64,000 bases of DNA from an uncultured Gemmatimonadaceae bacterium (lineage in GTDB: Bacteria > Gemmatimonadota > Gemmatimonadetes > Gemmatimonadales > Gemmatimonadaceae): the NCBI GenBank assembly GCA_963817955.1, contig CAWFQK010000004.1:512001-576000 (forward strand), read 5' to 3'. Below, piece after piece: positions 38,667 through 49,090 of this stretch. A program made the translations under genes and the position numbers. A model generated the notes under the pieces. That model saw only the letters and a program-made list of their open reading frames with translations. It was not told the origin of the DNA and made no database searches. Every line of letters starts with the position of its first letter. Position 1 is the stretch's first letter.

Positions 38667-39346
38667 TTCACGAAGAGCATGAACAGACCGAGCGCGAGGC
38701 CGCCGACGAAGAACCACCGGGCGCCCTTCGTGGAGTGAAACAGTTTCCACGCCGCGCCGGCGGCGACGCTCGCCGCTATGCCCACGACGGCGGCACGCGA
38801 CACTCTCGGGTCGAAGAACCAGAGTTGAATGCAGATCGCCGCCAGCGGAGCAAGCGCGGCGTATGCGACCGCCGTGAGCACCCCACCACGGAGGAGATCG
38901 GCGCTCATGCCCATGAGCTGTAATGACACGACAGATCCGCGGGCACCTGCTTCGAGCGCCTGGCGCTTCCGGCCGGCCCACACGGCGTTGCGCTGGCGCA
39001 GCTTCACCATCGTCCAGCCTCCAACCCACGCCGTAGCGAGCGCCGCAAGCACGGCAAGCGTCATCGCCCCTGCTGGATGCGCTGGGTTCGACGCGAAGAT
39101 CGCACCGCCAACGACCGACGCCGAACCCCATTCCGGATAGCGCGAGGCACCGAACGGCAGCGTCTCCAGAGCGATGAGCTCGAGCGCGGCGCCAATGAGC
39201 AATCCGCTGGAGCCCTGCCCGATCAATGCGCCAGCGAGCGTGGCGGCAACCAGCGGCCGCGAAATCATCGCCTGGGGGAAGCTGACGACGTCGAGCCCAA
39301 GCACGGCGCCCAGCAGCGCGAACGGCAGGATGTCGAGTATCATCAC
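38663..39346 (-). CDS. PTS mannose/fructose/sorbose family IIC
   Basis: QAMISRPLV, GAALEL...PFGA; polytopic membrane protein. Confidence 0.88.
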   Translation of the reverse strand: MMILDILPFALLGAVLGLDVVSFPQAMISRPLVAATLAGALIGQGSSGLLIGAALELIALETLPFGASRYPEWGSASVVGGAIFASNPAHPAGAMTLAVLAALATAWVGGWTMVKLRQRNAVWAGRKRQALEAGARGSVVSLQLMGMSADLLRGGVLTAVAYAALAPLAAICIQLWFFDPRVSRAAVVGIAASVAAGAAWKLFHSTKGARWFFVGGLALGLFMLFVK

Positions 39347-39828
39347 GGCTCGCGGCCGGCAATGACATCGTCAAGCGACACAGGCCGTGCGCCTGGCACA
39401 TCCTGCGCCGTTACGGTCGCGCCGTGCGCCGCGAGCGCACGGAGCTGCTGCTCCTCGTCGGCGGACAGGAACACGTAACGCAAACGTTGCGTGCGGCCGG
39501 CCCGCGAATGGATTCCACCAATGTTGACCCGATCGACTCCCGCCGCATCGACCAGCCGCTGCATCGTGGCAATGTCACCGGTCAGCAGAATCCCGGGTCG
39601 CGGGTCGGCACGATACGCCGGAAGCGCATTGACGGCATCGGCGGCGGTGTGGAAGTGCACCTCCATCTCAGGCGGCACTCCCATGCGATAGAGTTCCTGC
39701 TCCCAATCGCTCGTGGCGACCACGTCATCGACGAGCACGATGAACGCCACGCCCAGAGGCTTTCCCCACCCCACAACGACCTGCCCATGGATGAGCCGAT
39801 CGTCGATGCGATAGAGCAGCAGCGTCAC
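39343..39828 (-). CDS. PTS mannose family IIB
   Basis: RIDDRLIHGQV. Confidence 0.93.
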   Translation of the reverse strand: MTLLLYRIDDRLIHGQVVVGWGKPLGVAFIVLVDDVVATSDWEQELYRMGVPPEMEVHFHTAADAVNALPAYRADPRPGILLTGDIATMQRLVDAAGVDRVNIGGIHSRAGRTQRLRYVFLSADEEQQLRALAAHGATVTAQDVPGARPVSLDDVIAGREP

Positions 39829-40238
39829 GCGCCAGCTCCGTGTACGCTGATCGCTGCCCGCCCGCGCTCGGCGGCGTGCCGCGCCGCATCGGTGGGCGAC
39901 TGTGTTTCAGCGAACACGAAATCGAGCAGCGTCGGGAGATTGGCACCGGCAATGAGCACGGCGTCATCCATGCCACGTAGAATCCGTCGCGAAGCCATGG
40001 TGCAACTGCCGGCCTGTAGATCGGTGAAGATGACCCGTACGCTGTGCTCCAGCATCTGCGTGCGCAACAACGTTTCGATGTCTTCCACGTTGAGCTGCTG
40101 TACGGCGATGGGAATGAGTTGATGCCCGCGGCCGGTGATCGCTTCGACGGCCGAGATGAGGCCGGCAGCGAAGTTGCCGTGCCCAGCGACGATCGCGCGC
40201 GGCGCGGTGACGATGGACGAGGTGGGATCACTATTCAT
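39825..40238 (-). CDS. PTS mannose family IIA
   Basis: IVAGHGNFA, FTDLQAGS, GANLP. Confidence 0.88.
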   Translation of the reverse strand: MNSDPTSSIVTAPRAIVAGHGNFAAGLISAVEAITGRGHQLIPIAVQQLNVEDIETLLRTQMLEHSVRVIFTDLQAGSCTMASRRILRGMDDAVLIAGANLPTLLDFVFAETQSPTDAARHAAERGRAAISVHGAGA

Positions 40239-41202
40239 TGTCGCCTTGCAAATATCGCAGCAAGTCACCGCGTCCACGCATCTGTCGCATCAAGCGTTCG
40301 TTGAATCGCTCGGCGGGATCGATGCCGCTGAACTTCAGCAGGTGATTCATGGCGATGACTTCGGCGATCACCGTGATGTTCTTTCCGGGATTGAGCGGAA
40401 CGCGAACCTTTGGCAGCTCGACATCGAGAATGGTCGCCAACTCACCATCGAGTCCCGTCCGGTCGATGGGCGCGTTCTGGTCCCACTCCTCAAGCTGTAC
40501 GACGACCTCGATGCGCTTCTGCTGACGTACTGCCCGAATGCCGAAAATGGACGGAATGTCCACGAGACCGACGCCGCGGATCTCCATATGGTGCCGCTGA
40601 AGCTCATGACCGCGCCCGATCAGCACATCGTTGCCTCGCCGCCGCACGATGACGAGATCGTCGGCAACGAGCCGGTGTCCGCGCTCGACGAGATCGAGAA
40701 CGCATTCGGACTTGCCGATGCCGCTCCGGCCGACGAAGAGGAGTCCCACGCCAAAGATGTCGGCCAGGGAGCCATGGAGGTTCGTGGTCGGCGCGAACTC
40801 ATCCTCGAGCCACGGCTTGATGCGCGTGTAAAACTCGTTGGTCTTGAGACCCGACGTGATCACGCCGACGCCAACGCGAGCAGCCAGCTCGGTCAGGTCG
40901 GGGCCCGGTCGCTGTCCTTTTGTGATGAAGAGACAGGGCATTGGGAAAGAGAAAAACGTCGTCAGCCGCGCCCGCCGCGTGTCGGAGTCGAGCGAGCGGA
41001 GATACAGCATCTCGGTTTCGCCAATTACCTGCAGGCGCGTGGAAGGAAAGCGGTCCACGAAACCCGCGAGGGCGAGTCCAGGACTGGAGACGTTCGGGTT
41101 CTCGATCGCCTTCTCGAGTCCGTCGGTGCCTTCGATGTGCTCGAGCTGAAGCGCATCTCGCGTACGCTCGATGAGCTGTGCGACCGTGAGCTTTGGCTTC
41201 AT
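40231..41202 (-). CDS. hprK: HPr kinase/phosphorylase
   Basis: GRSGIGKSE, HRLVADD, MEIRGVG, PGKN. Confidence 0.96.
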   Translation of the reverse strand: MKPKLTVAQLIERTRDALQLEHIEGTDGLEKAIENPNVSSPGLALAGFVDRFPSTRLQVIGETEMLYLRSLDSDTRRARLTTFFSFPMPCLFITKGQRPGPDLTELAARVGVGVITSGLKTNEFYTRIKPWLEDEFAPTTNLHGSLADIFGVGLLFVGRSGIGKSECVLDLVERGHRLVADDLVIVRRRGNDVLIGRGHELQRHHMEIRGVGLVDIPSIFGIRAVRQQKRIEVVVQLEEWDQNAPIDRTGLDGELATILDVELPKVRVPLNPGKNITVIAEVIAMNHLLKFSGIDPAERFNERLMRQMRGRGDLLRYLQGDNE

Positions 41203-42305
41203 GGGTGCGTACCTCTCACGATTCCGGCAAGATGTCGTTCGGTCTCGTCGGCGGCGCGTTCCCACGTGAAGCTTTCGGCGAACCCGCGGGCGGCAAAGCC
41301 GAGCGTATCGACGAGATCACGCGATTCAGCGAGCCGGCGCATGGCAGCACCCATGGCGACGGTGTCGCCGTGCGTGACGAGAAAACCGGTCTGGCCATCG
41401 CGGACTGATTCGCGAATGCCCGGTGAGTTGGAGGCAACGACTGGCGTGGCACAGGCGGCCGCTTCGAGATTGGTGATGCCCCACCCCTCTTTGGGAGACG
41501 CGAACACGAGCGCCCACGACCGCCGCAGCAGCGCGAGCTTTTCCGCTTCCGAGATGCGCCCAAGAAACCGCACGCGCGCGCCAAGGTCAAGCGACGCGGC
41601 AAGGGCCTCGAGCGCCGGCCGATAATCGCCGGCACCGGCGATCTCGAGCGTCGCGCTCGGTACACCCATCGCCGCAAAGGCGCGGATGACGAGCTGCACT
41701 CCCTTGTACTTCTTGAGCCGGCCGAGATAGGAGAATACGGGCGCCGCCGCGCGTTCGGCGGGATTCGGCGTGTATCCCACCGTATCGACCCCGGGATAGA
41801 TCACGGCCACGGATGCGCGCGGAATGCCGCGCCCGGCCAGGTCTTCCGCCGTACTCTCGCTGATCGCTTCGAAGGGCACATTTCGATAGACGCGGCCGAG
41901 CGGTCGCTCGGCAGTCCAAACGGCGGCAGCCAGTGGGGCCGGCAATTCCTGAAATGCAGTCGACCCGAAGAGGTGAGGAACGAGGGCGACGGACTTCGGC
42001 GCTCTCCAACGGGGCGTATAGAGGGGCACCTTGTTGATGTCCTCGACAAGGACATCTGGCCACTGACTGAGTCTGCTTGCGTAGAAGCGATGCGCGAACC
42101 AAGGGAAGGTGTGCCGCGTGCCGACCCGATAGACATCGATCCCGTCGAGCGCCGCCCGCGACTGGCAACCGGGCCAGCCGCCACAGAGCAGCCGGATCTC
42201 ATGCCCCTTGGCGGCGAGCCGACCGAAGATCTCGTGCAGATGAATCTCTGCTCCGCCCCCTTGTGGATTCTCGCGATCCTGCCAGTTCACGAGCTGGATG
42301 CGCAC
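41199..42305 (-). CDS. Glycosyltransferase family 4
   Basis: GGAE, GRLKKYKG, EGWGITNLEA. Confidence 0.92.
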   Translation of the reverse strand: MRIQLVNWQDRENPQGGGAEIHLHEIFGRLAAKGHEIRLLCGGWPGCQSRAALDGIDVYRVGTRHTFPWFAHRFYASRLSQWPDVLVEDINKVPLYTPRWRAPKSVALVPHLFGSTAFQELPAPLAAAVWTAERPLGRVYRNVPFEAISESTAEDLAGRGIPRASVAVIYPGVDTVGYTPNPAERAAAPVFSYLGRLKKYKGVQLVIRAFAAMGVPSATLEIAGAGDYRPALEALAASLDLGARVRFLGRISEAEKLALLRRSWALVFASPKEGWGITNLEAAACATPVVASNSPGIRESVRDGQTGFLVTHGDTVAMGAAMRRLAESRDLVDTLGFAARGFAESFTWERAADETERHLAGIVRGTHP

Positions 42306-42724
42306 TACATTCGCCCCATGCGCCGCGCGAGAGCGTCGAGCACGCCGTTCACGAACTTCGCGCTCTTGACCGTGCCGTACCGCTCAGCGAGGCGTACCGC
42401 CTCCTGGAGAACGACGCGCGGCGGGGTCTCGGCCCGCTGCAACTCGGCCGCGGCCATGCGCAACACGCAGCGGTCGATCACGCCAAGACGCTCCAGACGC
42501 CAATTGGTCGTTACCTCGGCCAATTCCGCGTCCAGTTCGCCCCCGTGCGCGGCGAGGGTGCGCACGAGCAGTCCGGCGAGCTTGCGCTCGTCCGGCGGTA
42601 CGTCGAGATCGTCCCAAATCTGCGTCGCCACGCGCTCGAGTTGCTGCTCACCGCGCAGGTCCCACGCGTACAACGCTTGAATCACCCGCGCGCGGGCGCG
42701 CGTTTCAACTCTCGTCCGCGGCAT
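42305..42724 (-). CDS. nusB: Transcription antitermination factor NusB
   Basis: ARARVIQALY, WRLERL, EAVRLA, FVNGVLD. Confidence 0.95.
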   Translation of the reverse strand: MPRTRVETRARARVIQALYAWDLRGEQQLERVATQIWDDLDVPPDERKLAGLLVRTLAAHGGELDAELAEVTTNWRLERLGVIDRCVLRMAAAELQRAETPPRVVLQEAVRLAERYGTVKSAKFVNGVLDALARRMGRM

Positions 42725-43184
42725 CCATACGATCGAATAGGTCAGCCATCTCGAGCGCCGCGAGCGCGGCGTCCCATCCTTTGTTGCCGTGCACGCCACC
42801 GGCACGAGCCTCCGCCTGCTCGTCGTTGTCGCACGTGAGCACACCGAAGCCAATCGGCACATCGAAATCGGTGCTGGCCGTGGCCAGTCCGCGCGATGCC
42901 TCACCAGCAACAAAGTCGAAGTGCGGCGTATCGCCGCGGATCACGGCGCCGACGGCGACGATCGCGTCGTAGCGTTCCGTCGCCAGCAGCCGGCGCGCCG
43001 CGAGCGGCAGCTCCCACGCACCAGGCACCCACACGACGTCCACATCGTCGACCGCGGCGCCGTGCCGCACTAATGCGTCGAGCGCGCCATCCACCAGCTT
43101 CTCGACGACTTCATGATTGAACCGGCTTGCCACAACGGCGAACCGACGCTCAGTGCCACTGGGAGTACCTGAGAATTCGGCCAT
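42705..43184 (-). CDS. ribH: 6,7-dimethyl-8-ribityllumazine synthase
   Basis: SRFN, VPGAWELP, VIRGDTPHFD, NKG. Confidence 0.96.
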   Translation of the reverse strand: MAEFSGTPSGTERRFAVVASRFNHEVVEKLVDGALDALVRHGAAVDDVDVVWVPGAWELPLAARRLLATERYDAIVAVGAVIRGDTPHFDFVAGEASRGLATASTDFDVPIGFGVLTCDNDEQAEARAGGVHGNKGWDAALAALEMADLFDRMDAADES

Positions 43185-44389
43185 CAGGACGCCAACAAGT
43201 GTCCGAGTTTGTCTCGCTTGGTGCGCATGTATTCCGCGTTTTCGTCCTGGGTGGGTTGCACGATCGGCACGCGCTCGCCGAGATGGATGCCATAGCCCTC
43301 GAGTCCGACCATCTTGCGTGGGTTGTTCGTGATCGGACGGATGGATTTTACGCCGAGGTCGAGCAGGATCTGCGCGCCGATGCCGTAGTTGCGGAGATCC
43401 GGCTTGAACCCGAGTTGCTCGTTCGCCTCGACGGTGTCCGCGCCACGATCCTGCAGCTCGTACGCCTTGAGCTTGTTGAGCAGACCAATGCCGCGCCCTT
43501 CCTGATCGAGATAGACGATGACGCCGCGCCCGTCGGTGGAGATCATCTCCATCGCCTTGTCGAGCTGCCACCCGCAGTCGCATCGTAACGAGTGGAAGAC
43601 GTCGCCGGTAAGACACCGGGAGTGGATGCGAACCAGTAGGTCCTCGCCGTCCTCGATGTCTCCGTAGACCAGCGCGACGTGTTCGTGCGGGTCGACGTCG
43701 TTCCGATAACCGACGACGCGCCAGGCGCCGAAACTCGTCGGCAGCCGTGCCTCGGCCACGCGATGCACGAGCCGCTCGTTCTTCAAGCGATGCGCCACGA
43801 GTTGCGCCACCGTGACGAACGTGATGCCTTGCTCCGCCGCGAAGGCCTCCAACTGCGGGCGATGTGCCGATGTCCCGTCTTCGCTGAGGATCTCGCAGAT
43901 GACGCCTGCGGGCAACAGCCCGGCGAGGCGCGCCAGATCGATCGCCGCCTCGGTGTGTCCAACCCGCTGCAGCACGCCACCTTCGCGCCCGCGCAGCGGA
44001 AAGACATGACCGCCGTGCCGCAGATCAGATGGCACCGCCGCCGGATCGACGGCCACGCGAATGGTCGTCGCGCGATCGTGCGCGCTGATGCCGGTCGTGA
44101 CGCCGTACCGCGGCGAGGCGTCCACGCTGACCGTGTATGCTGTGCGGTACTCGTCGATGTTCGTTTCGGCCATTGGGGCGAGACGGAGCGCATCCACGCG
44201 ATCGCCGCTCAGGGCCAGGCAAACGAGCCCACCCGCTTTCTTGATCATGAAGTTGATCATCTCCGGCGTCACGAGCTGCGCCGCACACACCAGATCTCCT
44301 TCATTCTCGCGATCCTCGTCATCCGCGACGATGACAAACTTGCCGTCGCGGATGTCCTGGATCGCCTGCTCTATCGTTCCGAAACCCAT
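43184..44389 (-). CDS. ribBA: DHBP synthase/GTP cyclohydrolase II
   Basis: DDEDRENEGD, GHTEA, RIHSRCLTGD, RCDCG, QEGRGIG. Confidence 0.96.
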   Translation of the reverse strand: MGFGTIEQAIQDIRDGKFVIVADDEDRENEGDLVCAAQLVTPEMINFMIKKAGGLVCLALSGDRVDALRLAPMAETNIDEYRTAYTVSVDASPRYGVTTGISAHDRATTIRVAVDPAAVPSDLRHGGHVFPLRGREGGVLQRVGHTEAAIDLARLAGLLPAGVICEILSEDGTSAHRPQLEAFAAEQGITFVTVAQLVAHRLKNERLVHRVAEARLPTSFGAWRVVGYRNDVDPHEHVALVYGDIEDGEDLLVRIHSRCLTGDVFHSLRCDCGWQLDKAMEMISTDGRGVIVYLDQEGRGIGLLNKLKAYELQDRGADTVEANEQLGFKPDLRNYGIGAQILLDLGVKSIRPITNNPRKMVGLEGYGIHLGERVPIVQPTQDENAEYMRTKRDKLGHLLAS

Positions 44390-44976
44390 GTTGATTCCTT
44401 GAGCAAGCGCTGAACGTACTTCCCCAGCATGTCGGCTTCGACGTGGACCCGGTCGCCGGCCGACAGCCCCGAAAAAGTCGTATGACGCAACGTGTAGTCA
44501 ATCAGCGATAGCTGCAGCGCATCGGGCGCAGGCAGCGCATTCACGGTAAGGCTGACACCGTCGATGGTGACGGAGCCGTGCGGTACCATAAGCTCGGCGA
44601 GCCCCGCTGGCAGAGCAAGGTCGACGAGCCGCGCGTCACCTTCCTGCCGGACATTCTGGACCGTGGCAACACCGTCTACGTGACCTTGCACGAAATGACC
44701 ACCCAGCCGATCACCAAGGCGCAACGCTCGCTCGATATTCACGCGCCGGCCAACGGTCCAATTACCGACGGTCGTGCGGCCGAGCGTCGTGACGACCGCC
44801 GCCACGGTGAACCAGCCACTGCCATGTTCGCGCACGGTGAGGCACGCACCGTTCACGGCAATGCTCTCGCCCTCGGCGAGCCCCGCATACCGGCATTCGA
44901 TCCGGAATTCGCGTCCAGCGCCGGTCTCGGCGACAAGGACGATTGTTCCAACGTCGTCGATCAATCCGGTGAACAC
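44371..44976 (-). CDS. ribE: Riboflavin synthase (E. coli ribC equivalent)
   Basis: MFTGLI, SIAVNGACLT, LGGHFVQGHVD. Confidence 0.95.
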   Translation of the reverse strand: MFTGLIDDVGTIVLVAETGAGREFRIECRYAGLAEGESIAVNGACLTVREHGSGWFTVAAVVTTLGRTTVGNWTVGRRVNIERALRLGDRLGGHFVQGHVDGVATVQNVRQEGDARLVDLALPAGLAELMVPHGSVTIDGVSLTVNALPAPDALQLSLIDYTLRHTTFSGLSAGDRVHVEADMLGKYVQRLLKESTWVSER

Positions 44977-46079
44977 GGCACGTCCCGCAGTGCGTAGGTG
45001 GTCATGACGTCATCGCCACAAGCCCGTTGCGCAACGATTGGCAGCGCACCAAGCGACGACTCGAATCCAGCTGGCGCGAACGCGAAGGCCTGGAGGGCGC
45101 CCGCACCGAGCATGAGGGGTGATCGAAAGATAATGAGGCGGTCCACCAACTTCTCGCGGAGCATCGATCCCGCGATTGCGGCTCCCCCTTCCACGAGGAG
45201 TGAGCGGACTCCCTGCTTGCGCAGCCATTGCAACGAAGCATGGAGCGACGGCATCATGCCTACCTGCACGCCGGCGCTCGCCAGCACGGCCAAGCGGTCG
45301 GGAGGAACATCATGCTGCCCGGCGACAATCAGCGTTTCGACGTCATGCGCTGTGCGCACGAGTACCGAGTCAGCCGGTGTCCGAAGGTGTGAGTCGAAGA
45401 CTATGCGCTTCGGCGCAATGCGCGGCGGCGGGACATCGCGCACCGTCAACGTCGGATCGTCGGCCAACACCGTGCCGATCCCGACGGCAATCGCGTCGCT
45501 GTTGGCGCGCAACCGGTGCACCTCGCGACGAGACTCGGGACCGGAGATCCAACGCAGTTTTCCGGCAGGATCGGCAATGGCGCCGTCAGAGGAGAGTGCA
45601 AGCTTGAGCGTTACCCACGGTCGATCGCTCACCTGCGCATTGAAGAACGGCGCATTGAGCTCGAGCGCGGCATCGCGCTCAATGCCGACAGTGACCTCCA
45701 CGCCTGTATCACGCAGTTGCTCGACGCCGCCACGCGCCAGGTCGCTCGGGTCGCGCACGGCAGCAACGACCCGGGCGATGCCAGCCGCCAGGACAGCGTC
45801 CACGCAGGGCGGCGTCTTCCCCGAATGCGCGCACGGCTCGAGGGTCACGTATAATGTCGCGCCGGGCGTGCGCGCGCCGGCATTGGCCAGCGCAACGGGC
45901 TCGGCGTGTGCCTCGCCGTAGCGGGCATGGTAGCCCTCGCCGACAATCGCATCGCCAGCAACGACGACGGCGCCGACCATTGGGTTCGGCGCCGTTTCTC
46001 CCCACCCGAGTTGAGCGAGCGCAAGGGCCCGCCGCATGTAGACCGAGTCCTGCTCAGCCGACGCTGCGACGGGCCGCAT
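44961..46079 (-). CDS. ribD: Riboflavin deaminase/reductase
   Basis: PNPMVG, HAE, TLEPC..GKTPPC, LLVEGG. Confidence 0.95.
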   Translation of the reverse strand: MRPVAASAEQDSVYMRRALALAQLGWGETAPNPMVGAVVVAGDAIVGEGYHARYGEAHAEPVALANAGARTPGATLYVTLEPCAHSGKTPPCVDAVLAAGIARVVAAVRDPSDLARGGVEQLRDTGVEVTVGIERDAALELNAPFFNAQVSDRPWVTLKLALSSDGAIADPAGKLRWISGPESRREVHRLRANSDAIAVGIGTVLADDPTLTVRDVPPPRIAPKRIVFDSHLRTPADSVLVRTAHDVETLIVAGQHDVPPDRLAVLASAGVQVGMMPSLHASLQWLRKQGVRSLLVEGGAAIAGSMLREKLVDRLIIFRSPLMLGAGALQAFAFAPAGFESSLGALPIVAQRACGDDVMTTYALRDVPCSPD

Positions 46080-46084
46080 TCCAG

Positions 46085-47104
46085 TTAGAAGCTGAGGCGA
46101 AGGCCCGCCGAGCCGTAGACCTGCGAACGATCGGCCCGACCACCCGCGAACGAGTTGAACGTGTTCACCGTACCGCCACTCGCCTGGCCAACCTCGCCGG
46201 TGATCTTGAAGAGCGGCAGGTTGAGCGAGAGATCGGCGAATAGGTTGGTGCGCGTCATCGTCTGGCTCGTCCCTGGCACGCTCGCGTCGCCGCTGAATGC
46301 GCCCTGTGAGACGTGCGCCGAGATGTCCGCCGACTGTTCGTACTTGTCCTGGCCCGCGCCCGCAGCGAGGCCGAAGAAGATGAAGCTCTTGCTCGCGACC
46401 ACACGCCAAGCGGAGGTGTTCACCTTGGCATTCGCCACCGACAGCGTGTCACCACCCGATGTACCCGTCAGCGTCGTCGTCGGCAGATCACGCTTGATCC
46501 ACGTCACGGACACGCCCGGCACCACGATGGATTCCGACAGGAGACCAACGCGCGCGCCGTAGCCGAACTGCCAATTGTTCTGCGGCGTGATCGAGAACGA
46601 GCCAGAGCCCGACGTGATCGTCGGGACATACGACGCGCTCACCAGCGCGTCGACTCCGCCGATATTCGTCAGCCCGAGCGGCAGGCCCTTGAAGATGCCA
46701 ATCGCCCCGTCCGCAGTCGGCAAGCCGAGAATCTGATTCTTGGTCGGCAGCACGCGCTGCTGCGCGCCAGTCGTGCTCTGCTGGAAGTTGGTCACATCCG
46801 GCAGCACGCCTCTGAAGACGTTGCCGCGCAATCCGACCGAGAAATGTCCGATCCCACCGAGCACGCTACCCTGGCCGAGCGTTGCATTACCACCGGCGAG
46901 CGCAAGGCCGAGTTGCGGCGACATGAACTGGTAGAGATCGAATGCCTGCGTGCAGGCATCCTGCGCCACCCGCTGCGAACTGGGGATGCCGCCGGTAAGC
47001 GTCCCGGGGGGACAGGGCGAATTCGTCAAGCCGCCACCCTGGGCCGAAGCAACGCTCGCCGTGAGCGCGAGACCGGCGCCGGCTATCACGAGATGTATTC
47101 TCAT
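46085..47104 (-). CDS. Predicted outer-membrane beta-barrel protein
   Basis: Signal peptide ending ASAQ; amphipathic strands; C-terminal YGSAGLRLSF. Confidence 0.75.
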   Translation of the reverse strand: MRIHLVIAGAGLALTASVASAQGGGLTNSPCPPGTLTGGIPSSQRVAQDACTQAFDLYQFMSPQLGLALAGGNATLGQGSVLGGIGHFSVGLRGNVFRGVLPDVTNFQQSTTGAQQRVLPTKNQILGLPTADGAIGIFKGLPLGLTNIGGVDALVSASYVPTITSGSGSFSITPQNNWQFGYGARVGLLSESIVVPGVSVTWIKRDLPTTTLTGTSGGDTLSVANAKVNTSAWRVVASKSFIFFGLAAGAGQDKYEQSADISAHVSQGAFSGDASVPGTSQTMTRTNLFADLSLNLPLFKITGEVGQASGGTVNTFNSFAGGRADRSQVYGSAGLRLSF

Positions 47105-47115
47105 TGCTGCTTCTC

Positions 47116-48141
47116 CTAGTTGAGGATGACTTGACCCGTTCCTGTTCGGACCTCTCCGATCCGCCACGCGCGAACACTGCTCCGGTTGGCGACTGCTATG
47201 ACCTCTGCCACGTCGGATTGCGCGGCGATGACGACCATTCCAACGCCCATGTTGAACGTTCTGAACATCTCGCCACGCTCCACGCCGCCGGCCTGCTGCA
47301 ACTGCTGGAACAAGTTGGGAACTGTCCAGCTCTTCGTATCGACGCTCGCGTCGAGGTTGGGAGGGAGCGCCCGGTTCAAGTTCCCGGGGATTCCGCCGCC
47401 GGTAATGTGGGCCATTGCATGCACTTTGGACAGCACCGGCCTCAACGCGGACAGATAGGATCGATGAATGGTCAACAACTCGTCACCAACCGTCGCCGTT
47501 GATCCCGGATACCGATCCGTGACCGCTAACATCATGCGATCATTGACGATGCGCCGTGCGAGCGAGAATCCGTTCGTGTGCAATCCGCTGCTCTCGAGCC
47601 CGATGAGCGCATCGCCCTCTCGAACGCGGTGCACGCCGAGGATCGCGTCCTCATCGACATATCCGACAATAAATCCGGCGAGATCGTAGTCGGGCGGCGT
47701 GTAGACGCCCGGCATCTCCGCGGTCTCGCCGCCGAGCAGTGCACAGCCGTTCTCGCGACAGCCGGCCGCAACGCCGGCCACGACACCCTCGACCGCCCGC
47801 GTGTCCAAGGCACCAAATGCCACGTAATCAAGAAAGAAGAGTGGGGTGGCGCCCTGCACGAGAATGTCATTGACGCAGTGGTTCACGAGATCGTGCCCGA
47901 CGGTGTCGTACGTTCCGGCCTCGATCGCGACTTTGAGCTTGGTGCCGACTCCGTCGGCGCTCGCCACGAGCACCGGTTTCGGCACGTCGGTTGGCACCCG
48001 AAACATGCCACCAAACCCACCGAACTCGCCACGCGTTCCTGACGTGAGCGTGGAGAGAACATGCGCCTTGATTCGATGCTTCGCCTTGTCCGCCGCATCG
48101 ATGTCGACTCCGGCCATGCGGTAGTCGAGCGGCTCGGTCAC
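47116..48141 (-). CDS. purM: Phosphoribosylformylglycinamidine cyclo-ligase
   Basis: Y..AGVD, DGVGTK, GGETAEMPG, HTNG, TFNMG. Confidence 0.96.
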   Translation of the reverse strand: MTEPLDYRMAGVDIDAADKAKHRIKAHVLSTLTSGTRGEFGGFGGMFRVPTDVPKPVLVASADGVGTKLKVAIEAGTYDTVGHDLVNHCVNDILVQGATPLFFLDYVAFGALDTRAVEGVVAGVAAGCRENGCALLGGETAEMPGVYTPPDYDLAGFIVGYVDEDAILGVHRVREGDALIGLESSGLHTNGFSLARRIVNDRMMLAVTDRYPGSTATVGDELLTIHRSYLSALRPVLSKVHAMAHITGGGIPGNLNRALPPNLDASVDTKSWTVPNLFQQLQQAGGVERGEMFRTFNMGVGMVVIAAQSDVAEVIAVANRSSVRAWRIGEVRTGTGQVILN

Positions 48142-49055
48142 AAGACGTCCTGCTCGAACGTGACCAGCCGATGGAACTCGCCGACCCGCCGACGAATGTC
48201 GTCTGACGTGATCTCCAGCAGCCGCTCGACAGAGAACTTTTCGACGGCAAAGGAGCCCATCGCCGATCCATAGATCACGGCGCGGCGCAAGTTTCCTTCC
48301 GAGGTATCGCCGGTGCGCGCGAGATAGCCCATGAAGCCGCCGGCAAACGAATCGCCGGCGCCGGTTGGATCGAACACCGACTCGAGCGGATAGGCCGGCG
48401 CGAAGAAGATCGTCGATTCGGTGAACATGAACGCGCCGTGCTCACCCTTCTTGATCACGACATGCTTTGGCCCACGCTTCATGATCCACCGTGCCGCCCG
48501 CACGAGATTGAACTCGTCAGTGAGCTGCCGCGCTTCGGCATCGTTCAGCGTGATCAGGTCCACATGTTCGAGCAACTTGAGGAGATCGGGCCGGCGGCTC
48601 TCGATCCAGAAATTCATCGTGTCGCAGGCGACCAGCTTGGGCTTCGCGACCTGCGTGAGGACGTCGAGCTGGAGCCTGGGATCGATGTTGCCGAGGAAGA
48701 CGAACGGTGCGTTGCGGAACTTTTCGGGAATCTTCGGCCGGAAATTCGAGAACACCCCGAGGTGCGTCTCGAGGGTTTCGGCCAGATTCAGATCGTGGTG
48801 GTATCGGCCCCGCCACCGAAACGACGCACCATCGGCGTGCTCGACTCCCTCGAGATCGATCGGACGCGATGCGAATTTCTGTCGCAGATCATCGATGGGA
48901 AAGTCGTTGCCGATGATCCCGACGAGCTGCACCGGCGACAGATGACTGGCGGACGCGGAGAAGAAGGTGCCGGACCCGCCGAGCACATTATCCGCCTTCC
49001 CGAATGGCGTCTCGACCGAGTCGAGGGCGACGGATCCAACGACAAGAACGGTCAT
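48138..49055 (-). CDS. PfkB family carbohydrate kinase
   Basis: GSVALD, GGSG, DPTGAGDSFAGG. Confidence 0.92.
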   Translation of the reverse strand: MTVLVVGSVALDSVETPFGKADNVLGGSGTFFSASASHLSPVQLVGIIGNDFPIDDLRQKFASRPIDLEGVEHADGASFRWRGRYHHDLNLAETLETHLGVFSNFRPKIPEKFRNAPFVFLGNIDPRLQLDVLTQVAKPKLVACDTMNFWIESRRPDLLKLLEHVDLITLNDAEARQLTDEFNLVRAARWIMKRGPKHVVIKKGEHGAFMFTESTIFFAPAYPLESVFDPTGAGDSFAGGFMGYLARTGDTSEGNLRRAVIYGSAMGSFAVEKFSVERLLEITSDDIRRRVGEFHRLVTFEQDVL

Positions 49056-49062
49056 TTGATTG

Positions 49063-49090
49063 CTGGTGACTGGTGGCTGGTAACTGGGGA
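49063..49090. repeat. Heptamer tandem repeat in intergenic space
   Basis: CTGGTGA CTGGTGG CTGGTAA CTGGGGA. Confidence 0.7.

Noticed and set aside
46080..46084. FMN riboswitch before ribD
   Set aside because: Only ~5 bp separate ribD from the upstream gene
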